Assembly (NCBI GenBank): GCA_050258375.1
Contig: JBLMYQ010000002.1
Location: forward strand, 29,543-93,542
Length of the DNA stretch: 64,000 bases
Source: Deltaproteobacteria bacterium
GTDB lineage: Bacteria; Bacillota; Clostridia; Acetivibrionales; UBA4821
Direction: 5' to 3'
Shown here: piece by piece, positions 9,434 through 17,425 of the stretch
Position numbering within the stretch: the first letter of the stretch is position 1
How the letters are laid out: each line of letters opens with the position of its first letter
Program-made: the position numbers and the translations under genes
Notes under the pieces: model-generated
Databases searched by the model: none
The model's input: only the letters and a program-made list of their open reading frames with translations
What the model was told of the DNA's origin: nothing

Positions 9434-11260
9434 CTAATATTTTTCTTGCAATTTCTTCCCGAATAAGCGGTCATATTCAATCAGCCAATATTTATCCATA
9501 AGCTCTTTATATTTTTTATCATCACCATTGTAAAGGTTCCCATCGGAATCAATTTTTAATTCGTTTAAGAATCCAGGCAGTATACTATAAACATGATCAA
9601 CGCATTTAAAATAAGGAGGAAGCTCTTTCCCTGCCATTTTTAACACAAATAACCCTAAGAATGAATCGCTCATATTATTGATTGTTTGCTTTTTTTGTTG
9701 AAAGTTAGACCATATGACAACAGGCACACTCCTCATCTTTTTAAATGCTTCAAGAGTCCACTTATGATTTTTTAATGAAAGATATCCGGTTTCTTGATAA
9801 AGATCGTAGCCCAACCCCGGCAGATGATCTCCAAAAAATATAACCATTGTAGGCTCTTCAAAATCATCCAGATAATCAACAAGCATTTTTAGTGATTCAT
9901 CAGCATCCTTAAGACCTTGTGCATATGTTTCAAGTATATTTTTAAATTTGTCGGAAATATCTCCGGTTACCTTTATTTCATTTGTATCATATCTCTTTTG
10001 TTCATAAGCCCCATGATTCTGTGCTGTTATTGCATAAATAAAAGCCGGTTTGTCGCTGTTTTTTATCTGAGCAATAATTTCTTTTGATACTTCCGAATCC
10101 GAAATATAAAATCCTTTCTTTTTTGCTCTCTGCATTCCCTCACTGCTTATAAAGGAATCAAAACCCATATTCTTATATACGCTGTTTCGGTTCCAGAACC
10201 ACCCAAAATATGAATGTACTGCGGCTGTATAATATCCTTGCTCTTTTAATATGCTTGCAAGGGACAATATAGGCTCCTTAATAAATTGCTGATATGGTAC
10301 TGAGCCTTGAGGAAGAAAGCTGGTGGAAAGTCCGGTTAATACCTCAAATTCAATATTAGCTGTTAATCCTCCATATTGAGGTGATAGCAGCCATCCTGAA
10401 GTATAATCCTTTTGGAGCTTACGGAATGTAGGTATTGGGTCGGCACTAAATGAAACAGAGCTTAAAAGAGTGGGATCCCAAAAGGCTTCGTTCATTACAA
10501 AAATTATATTCGGGTTTTTGGTAATTTGAACATTATCATCTGTGCTCCATTCATTCATGACAGCAAGTACCTTTTTTTCAGTATAATCTGAAGGTTTTAC
10601 AATTATTGTCTTTTTCATGTTTCTTAAAAACGAAAGCGCCATTCCGTTTTTTTTGTAGTTTTCATCCGGAACCCAACCAATATCAGACATCCCTGCATTA
10701 ACTAAAAAGTTGTCCAATACAACAATATTAAAATGTGAAATGGTTAAAAGTATTAATAAAGCGATAAGACCTGCTGATGCCCGCGAAAAATAACCCAGCT
10801 TCAGTTTTGGCAGAAATGGTTTTGAAAATATTATTAATAGGCTTGCAATGATTATTATAAAAATAACTATAAGCCCTGTATCTTTTATGACAAGGGGAAA
10901 AATATTGATTCTTTCCTTTTCTGTTATAAGCTCCCACGGAAAAAGCGGATTACCATAGAATTTTTGCTTATAATAGCTGGCAAGGGAAATAAGCAGTAAA
11001 ACAGCATAGCTTATACTGCTGCTAATATAAATACATCCAAAAACAGAATAAAGAACCAGCGTCAAAGAAAAAACAAGAATAAAGTTGGTTATAAAAATTT
11101 GAGGTGCAGAAAAACACCAGGAAAAGGTATCTGCAAAGTCCTGCCTATGCACAAATTCAATCGAAAAAGTCAATATCAGGCACAATGCTGCAAAAATTAT
11201 AACAGCAGTGATATTATTCTTTTTCTTTTTAGTATTATTAAAATCCTCTAATAAGCTCAT
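9434..11260 (-). CDS. LTA-synthase (LtaS) family sulfatase-like phosphotransferase, paralog 1
   Basis: N-terminal 5 TM helices + extracellular alkaline-phosphatase-superfamily domain (FVMNEAFWDP, HSYFGWFWNRN, FFGDHLPGLGY). Confidence 0.75.
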   Translation of the reverse strand: MSLLEDFNNTKKKKNNITAVIIFAALCLILTFSIEFVHRQDFADTFSWCFSAPQIFITNFILVFSLTLVLYSVFGCIYISSSISYAVLLLISLASYYKQKFYGNPLFPWELITEKERINIFPLVIKDTGLIVIFIIIIASLLIIFSKPFLPKLKLGYFSRASAGLIALLILLTISHFNIVVLDNFLVNAGMSDIGWVPDENYKKNGMALSFLRNMKKTIIVKPSDYTEKKVLAVMNEWSTDDNVQITKNPNIIFVMNEAFWDPTLLSSVSFSADPIPTFRKLQKDYTSGWLLSPQYGGLTANIEFEVLTGLSTSFLPQGSVPYQQFIKEPILSLASILKEQGYYTAAVHSYFGWFWNRNSVYKNMGFDSFISSEGMQRAKKKGFYISDSEVSKEIIAQIKNSDKPAFIYAITAQNHGAYEQKRYDTNEIKVTGDISDKFKNILETYAQGLKDADESLKMLVDYLDDFEEPTMVIFFGDHLPGLGYDLYQETGYLSLKNHKWTLEAFKKMRSVPVVIWSNFQQKKQTINNMSDSFLGLFVLKMAGKELPPYFKCVDHVYSILPGFLNELKIDSDGNLYNGDDKKYKELMDKYWLIEYDRLFGKKLQEKY

Positions 11261-11336
11261 AACAAACATCCCCTCTTAGCATAACCGTCTTTTTACAGTC
11301 TACTAAACGGAAGAGCGTTCATATCTAAAGATTCTT

Positions 11337-13190
11337 TTATTTAACCTTTTCCTGAAAATTTTTTCCAAACAACCGGTCATATTGGAGCAGCCAATATTGG
11401 TCTTCAATTTTCTTGAAGGTTTTGTCATTTATTCCGTGCAAGCCGCCTTTAGAGTCAATCTTTAACTCTTTCAAGCATCCTGGCAAGGTTTTATATATGC
11501 TGTCAAGAAACTTAAAATAAGGAGGCAGTTCTTTACCTAACATTTTCAGGACATATACTCCAAAGAACGAATCACTGATATTTTCTACCACTTGTCTTTC
11601 TTGCTTATAGTTTGTCCATATGACAAACGGCACACTTCTCATTTTCTTAAAGTCCTCAAGGGACCACTCTGCCTCTTTATCTGATGGAATGTAACCGGTT
11701 TGAGTATATACCCAATAATCATAGCCCAAAAGCGGTAAATGATCGCCAAAAAACACTACCACTGTGGGCTCTTGCGATTTAGAAGCAAAATCCATCAGGG
11801 TTTTTAATGCTTTATCTGCATCATTTATTCCTTGTGCATAGGTTTCAAGTACATACTTTGAATATTCAGAAAGCTTTCCTTTAACTTTTATTTCATTTTT
11901 TTTGTATCTTTTTTCTCCATCATATGGTCCATGGTTTTGCATTGTAACCGCATAAACAAAAACCGGTTTTTTATTACTCTCAATTTGGTTGATGATTTCC
12001 TTTGTAACCTCATCATCAGAAATGTAAAGACCTTTATACTTCGGGCTTTTCATTTTCTCACTGCTTATAAATGTATCAAAGCCCATATTCTGATAAACAT
12101 TATTTCTATTCCAGAACCATCCCAGATATGAATGCACTGCAGCTGTAGCATACCCCTGTTCCTTAAGTATATTCGGTATTGAAAGAATTGACTTCTTTAC
12201 ATACTGCTGATACGGAATCGAGTCCTTAGGCAAAAAGCTTAGAGAATTTCCTGTCAAAACCTCAAATTCAACATTTGCGGTCAAGCCTCCATACTGTGGG
12301 GAAATAACATTTCCTGTTGTAAAGCTCTTTTGAATCTCGTGAAAGGTAGGAATCGGATCAGTTTCAAAAGAAATTGATTTTATTTTAGTAGGATCCCAGA
12401 AAGCTTCACTCATAACGAATATTATATTCGGGTTTTGTGGATTTTGTGGTTTTTCCTTTTTATTAGCAATGTTTTCATTTAATACTTTGATAACATTAGC
12501 TTCGGAATATCCTTCCGGTTTTGAAACTACTGAATTTTTTATATTTCTAAAAAATGAAAGTACAACTCCATTTTTTTTGTAGTTCTCCTTTTGATTCCAG
12601 CCGATTTCTCCAATTCCTTGCTTCGAAAGCATATTGCTCAGAAAAACAGGTTTTATATATGAAACAGTAGTTAATAAAAAAAGAGCTAAAACACCTATTA
12701 ATATACGTTGATAATACCTGAGCTTTAGCTTTGGTAAATAAAATCTTAATACAGCTGTCAGTATGCTTACAAAAATTATAGCAAAAAGAACAATAAACGC
12801 CTTTTTTTGATTAAGCATCGGGAAAATGTTCATTCCTTCTTTTTTAATAAGCAAGTCCCAGGGAAATACCGGCTCTCCGCGGAATCTTTCCTTATAATAG
12901 CTGGCAAAGGAAAGAATCAGGAGGGCAAAATAACTAATAGTACTGCTTACATATATGCATCCGCAAATAGCGTAAAACACAAGCATAAACAGAAAAACCA
13001 CTGCCCAGTTTGCCAAAAATATTTTTAGTGAAAATATGCTCCATTTAATTGTTTTTAAAAGTGAATAGTTATGATGGATAAACTCAACCCCGAAGGTCAG
13101 AACCAAAGAAAGCATCAGGAAAATACCAAAAGCTATAAGATTACTATATTTATGCTTTTTCAAATTATTCAAGAAATCAAAAACCTTCAT
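11337..13190 (-). CDS. LTA-synthase (LtaS) family sulfatase-like phosphotransferase, paralog 2
   Basis: Same architecture and collinear motifs as 9434..11260 (~50% identical by eye); RBS AGGGGG + ATG 13190. Confidence 0.75.
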   Translation of the reverse strand: MKVFDFLNNLKKHKYSNLIAFGIFLMLSLVLTFGVEFIHHNYSLLKTIKWSIFSLKIFLANWAVVFLFMLVFYAICGCIYVSSTISYFALLILSFASYYKERFRGEPVFPWDLLIKKEGMNIFPMLNQKKAFIVLFAIIFVSILTAVLRFYLPKLKLRYYQRILIGVLALFLLTTVSYIKPVFLSNMLSKQGIGEIGWNQKENYKKNGVVLSFFRNIKNSVVSKPEGYSEANVIKVLNENIANKKEKPQNPQNPNIIFVMSEAFWDPTKIKSISFETDPIPTFHEIQKSFTTGNVISPQYGGLTANVEFEVLTGNSLSFLPKDSIPYQQYVKKSILSIPNILKEQGYATAAVHSYLGWFWNRNNVYQNMGFDTFISSEKMKSPKYKGLYISDDEVTKEIINQIESNKKPVFVYAVTMQNHGPYDGEKRYKKNEIKVKGKLSEYSKYVLETYAQGINDADKALKTLMDFASKSQEPTVVVFFGDHLPLLGYDYWVYTQTGYIPSDKEAEWSLEDFKKMRSVPFVIWTNYKQERQVVENISDSFFGVYVLKMLGKELPPYFKFLDSIYKTLPGCLKELKIDSKGGLHGINDKTFKKIEDQYWLLQYDRLFGKNFQEKVK

Positions 13191-13202
13191 TATAAAAGCC
13201 CC

Positions 13203-14432
13203 CTAAATCTTTACTACATCTTCTCTCTGTATACCCTTATCTTGTTTTGTCCGTAATATTATATTAAATAAATTTATTACAAGCAGGCTTGCTCCTATTC
13301 CAAGCAATATATATAATACCTGATAAATAGTCTGATGGTAAATAGAAATCAATATTATTTCAGCTGTACTACCTAAAACCATAGTCCAGACAGAAATAGT
13401 ATTTTTATTTACAGCAAGATTAAAATTAGCCAATACATTAAGCAAACATAAAGGCAGCATTGCCAAAGATATCAGCTTAATATATGGAAGTGCAGTTAAA
13501 AACCTTTCTCCGAAAAATATTTTTGTTATAATCTCAGGGAATATATAAATCACTGCGATACCTGCTGTACAAACAACAGCACTGTATAAAACTGCTTTTT
13601 TAAGGGATGTATAAACATCGCTATTAAGTACGTTGGCTTCTGTAACAATCGGGAACATTGCCATTACAACAGCTGAAGGAAAATAAAATATAACCCTTCC
13701 AAATATTGCTGCCGCTCCGTAAATACCTGATTCCTGTGGAGAAAAATAGTGTTTTATCATAATCATATCAATATTTGTTAACAGCATCATGCACAAAGTA
13801 ATAACAAATATAGGAATACCATATTGCAAGGCTTTTTTTCTGCCAAGCGCAGCCGTTTTCTCTCCATTGATAGTAAAATTACCTTTTATCAGCCAAAACC
13901 CATATACTACTGAAATTATATTGCCGGCAAGCAGTGCACCCAAAGCGCCTTCAAGGCTATAACCAATTATAACAAATATTACTCCTAAAACAAGTCTGAA
14001 AACATAACTTACAGCATTTACAATTCCCAATTGCCAAAATTTTTTAGAGCCTTGAAACGTTCCAAGCGAAATTGGCAGAAGAAAAGCTGCTGCAATAGCC
14101 AATATTACATACACGACAAAGGATAGCTTTTCAACCTTCAAGTACCACCTGATTACCGGAGAAACTGCTAAACTTGCCGCGGTTATAACTCCTGTAAATA
14201 CGCTGATATAGAAAAATGTTTTTCTAAGGAAAAATCCTATTTTGTAATTCTCGCCGGCAGCTGAATATTCGGCAATATATTTAGATACAACCAATGCTAC
14301 TGCTGTCCCCGGAACAGATGCTATATTAATCAATGATAATAGCGCATTAAATGCGCCATATTCATCATAAGGCAATAACCTTCCCATAATTATTTGATAA
14401 AGGTAATTGCATATATTTGCTATCATCATCAT
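13203..14432 (-). CDS. wzx: polysaccharide biosynthesis protein / Wzx-like flippase (MOP superfamily), possibly N-terminally short
   Basis: ~11 TM helices; first segment LLPYDEYGAFNALLSL corresponds to region after TM1 of typical Wzx; in-frame stop only 19 codons upstream, so no room for a longer N-terminus. Confidence 0.65.
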   Translation of the reverse strand: MMMIANICNYLYQIIMGRLLPYDEYGAFNALLSLINIASVPGTAVALVVSKYIAEYSAAGENYKIGFFLRKTFFYISVFTGVITAASLAVSPVIRWYLKVEKLSFVVYVILAIAAAFLLPISLGTFQGSKKFWQLGIVNAVSYVFRLVLGVIFVIIGYSLEGALGALLAGNIISVVYGFWLIKGNFTINGEKTAALGRKKALQYGIPIFVITLCMMLLTNIDMIMIKHYFSPQESGIYGAAAIFGRVIFYFPSAVVMAMFPIVTEANVLNSDVYTSLKKAVLYSAVVCTAGIAVIYIFPEIITKIFFGERFLTALPYIKLISLAMLPLCLLNVLANFNLAVNKNTISVWTMVLGSTAEIILISIYHQTIYQVLYILLGIGASLLVINLFNIILRTKQDKGIQREDVVKI

Positions 14433-14518
14433 TGTAAAAATTATTAAACTTCCTTTTTCAAGCTCTTTCAGTCTTGTTATTATAAGTCACCCCTTGTATA
14501 GCTTAAAGTGTAAGCTCC

Positions 14519-17254
14519 TTAGACCCCTCCCAATTTTGCAAGCTTTTCTTTTGCCTGGCTGACAGCTTGATCCAGCTCTCCAGCGGTTGTTACTGGCTTT
14601 AATGACTTTTTGCCTGTTTCTTCAAATTCATTTTTAATCTCTGATGCTTTCTTAAAGTAAACCTTCGCCTTTCCCTTGTCTCCTAATTGAACTGCATTTT
14701 CACCTGCTATTATATATAGCTGAGCCTTTTCATAATATGCATCGGCAATGAATCTTTCCATTACTACAAGATTATCTGCATATGCCAACCCTTCATCGAA
14801 CTTTCCATTAGCAAGCAGGAAGGATGCGGCTTGAGCAATAGAAATAAATGAATTTGGTTCATTTTTAACATTAATCTTTATATTATCTCTCAATTGGGTT
14901 TCTATTTCGTCTCTTTGTTCCTTGGATAAATTTTGAGCAAGCATTTGATACATATTTAAATATTTTACATATGTTTGCCTTCTTTTTTCATCAAGCGGCT
15001 GAATCTTTAAATATTCGCTGTAAGAAGGAATCAACACCGGAAGAATCTTTCGCAAATCTTCAGCGGCAGGCTGTTTCCCAGCGTATGTGCTTTCTAAAAT
15101 ACTTGCCTTGGCAATCAGGCTTCTGCCGTTTAAAGAGTTAATTCCTGCAGCAATAAGCATTATCATCAGGATTGCAATTAATGTTGAAGCACAATAATTT
15201 ACTGATGGGGTAAAATCTTTATATTTTTTCTTATTAGCACTATCATATATTTTTATTTCAAAACCTTTATAATCTTTCCGCAAAATATACATACCTGCAA
15301 GTATTCCGGTCAATGCCCATGCTGTAATCGGTACAGCACTCAGCGAAAAATCAAAATCTATAATACTATGTGCATATAATGACAATATCGCTACAAATAC
15401 TGTGCTTGCAGTAATTATCCTATTGGAATTGTCAACACCCTCTGTCTCTGTTTCATTTTTTTCAAGTCTTACCTTTCTATAGTGATGAATAATCAAAACT
15501 ATAGTTCCAATTAATACTGAAATCCCTAAAATTCCCGTTTCAACCCAAAGCTGAACCGGATAATTATGAACCTCATTAGAAGCATACTCGTAAGATTGAT
15601 ATTGATGGTAAAGAGCTTTCCAGCCTCCTCCACCTGTTCCGAACGGATATGCACCTATTATCCTGAATGCATCATTTACAAATATTAATCTCTGCCATGC
15701 ATTATGAGTTTGTAAGCTTATATCCTGAATTTTATATATCAAATCTGTAGGAAGATATTTATATTGTATTATTAATTTTTTTTCTTTGCCCGTATTTACG
15801 TCTTTAAGAACAAAATTTGAAAAGCTGGCGCTGGTATTTGGGATGTAATTTTGCAATTGAATTCTTAATGTCCTAGTGCTGTCTTTTGTTGTAAATTCCA
15901 TACTTTTTCTTGCCTTTTCGGTTTTACCCTTTATTTCTGCAAGCTGCTCAAGATTGGCAAATTTATCCATGCCTAATGCTATAATACTGTATGGCTCCTC
16001 ATTTTTTTCATTAGAAAGGGCATCAACATCAAAATTAAGAATATACTTTGCAGATGGTTTTATATTTGTGATATCTCTGACAACTATCTTCTGGGAAGCA
16101 GCCTCTTTTACATCATGTTTTATAAGCAGCGGCTTTTCAATATTAAGTGCAAAACCTACTAAAACAACAAATATCATTACCACTGAAGCAGCTGTTACTA
16201 CATATATTTTTGTACTTACAGCAAAAAGAACTCTCTTTAATCTCTGAATAATGCTTGTCAGAACTGCCGAAATAAATGCTCCGATAATAATAGTAATCCA
16301 AACCTTTGAGTACTGCCCCGCATTGACATAGTTTCCATACATGGCAGAGAATGAAACGCCTGCAACTATAGGAACAAATGCGTCAACAGTAAAACTCAAT
16401 ATATGCTTTTTATTCCTGAAGGAAATGAAAAGTATTAATACCATAAGCGGAAGAACTAAAACCATTCCTCTCGAACCGGTCAGAATAAATGTATAAAATA
16501 CTATAAAGCCTGCCGCTCCGTACCAAGCCCTCTTCAAATATGATCTTGTTACCATTAGAAGTCCGGATATAAGCAAAAATACCGCTCCGAGATATGAAGC
16601 AAGCACGTTTGGATATTGAAGAGTAGAGAAGATTCTACCTTCAGCAAAGCCCCCAAAGAATTTAAAATCCATAAGCTTTGCCGCGCCTTGTTGAAACTGC
16701 AGCCAAACCGGAATCTGCTTAATAAACCAATTAATCTTATTTGTTAATATTCCGCCAGCTCCTGCATCCACTCCAAGGATACAAACACCTAATGCACTTA
16801 CCAGAATTGCATTTAAAATGATTTTTATATTTTTATCTTCTTTTATAATATCTCTGCATATTAAGTATATAAAGAAATAGTTAATGTATCTTAAAAATTT
16901 GTCCCAGGCTTCTTGTGCGCTCGCAGCTATACCAAGCATAATCGGAAGTGCATAGACCAGCACAAGCAATATGGCTGCAATATCCAACGGTGCTTTAATA
17001 ATCTTAAAATCCTTGTCAAATAATTTTTTTATAATAAAAGCAAGAAAAAGCAAGCCAGTGTATAAAAATGTGGTGGACATTTCTTCATTAAAGTATAATC
17101 CTCTGAAAAATGGAGCATAAAACAGTAAAATCACTAAACCAATCAGTACACATACATTTAGTACTTTTACCAGCTTTGATTTTTGAACAGGATTTTTGAC
17201 AGGCTCGCTGGTCTTCTTAATATTCTGTTTAATATTTGAATTTTTTTTGCCCAT
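14519..17254 (-). CDS. O-antigen ligase/polymerase (Wzy_C)-like polytopic membrane protein with C-terminal TPR repeats
   Basis: 911 aa, >12 TM helices, central periplasmic loop, C-terminal TPR-like region (AYADNLVVMERFIADAYYEKAQLYIIAGENAVQLG...); RBS AGGGAGAAAAGG. Confidence 0.65.
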   Translation of the reverse strand: MGKKNSNIKQNIKKTSEPVKNPVQKSKLVKVLNVCVLIGLVILLFYAPFFRGLYFNEEMSTTFLYTGLLFLAFIIKKLFDKDFKIIKAPLDIAAILLVLVYALPIMLGIAASAQEAWDKFLRYINYFFIYLICRDIIKEDKNIKIILNAILVSALGVCILGVDAGAGGILTNKINWFIKQIPVWLQFQQGAAKLMDFKFFGGFAEGRIFSTLQYPNVLASYLGAVFLLISGLLMVTRSYLKRAWYGAAGFIVFYTFILTGSRGMVLVLPLMVLILFISFRNKKHILSFTVDAFVPIVAGVSFSAMYGNYVNAGQYSKVWITIIIGAFISAVLTSIIQRLKRVLFAVSTKIYVVTAASVVMIFVVLVGFALNIEKPLLIKHDVKEAASQKIVVRDITNIKPSAKYILNFDVDALSNEKNEEPYSIIALGMDKFANLEQLAEIKGKTEKARKSMEFTTKDSTRTLRIQLQNYIPNTSASFSNFVLKDVNTGKEKKLIIQYKYLPTDLIYKIQDISLQTHNAWQRLIFVNDAFRIIGAYPFGTGGGGWKALYHQYQSYEYASNEVHNYPVQLWVETGILGISVLIGTIVLIIHHYRKVRLEKNETETEGVDNSNRIITASTVFVAILSLYAHSIIDFDFSLSAVPITAWALTGILAGMYILRKDYKGFEIKIYDSANKKKYKDFTPSVNYCASTLIAILMIMLIAAGINSLNGRSLIAKASILESTYAGKQPAAEDLRKILPVLIPSYSEYLKIQPLDEKRRQTYVKYLNMYQMLAQNLSKEQRDEIETQLRDNIKINVKNEPNSFISIAQAASFLLANGKFDEGLAYADNLVVMERFIADAYYEKAQLYIIAGENAVQLGDKGKAKVYFKKASEIKNEFEETGKKSLKPVTTAGELDQAVSQAKEKLAKLGGV

Positions 17255-17425
17255 TACCTTTTCTCCCTATTAAAAATATTACTACCTGCTTAGAACACGA
17301 ATTAGTTTAACATATTTTTCTGCAAAGATGCAAACCTCATACAAAAAAATTAAAACTGCTGTTAAAATTACTTTTTCAGCAGTCTTAAAAACTTTCCATT
17401 TAAAAATCTAAGAATATTCAACCAC

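Noticed and set aside
15876-16247. 123-aa + strand ORF inside the ligase-like gene, and the other short + strand ORFs inside long minus-strand genes (e.g. 3348..3572, 8804..9250, 17508..18257, 23587..24018, 30607..31164, 41186..41554, 58375..58827, 63385..63834)
   Set aside because: They have hydrophobic or low-complexity translations, no RBS, and are fully nested antisense in well-supported genes.
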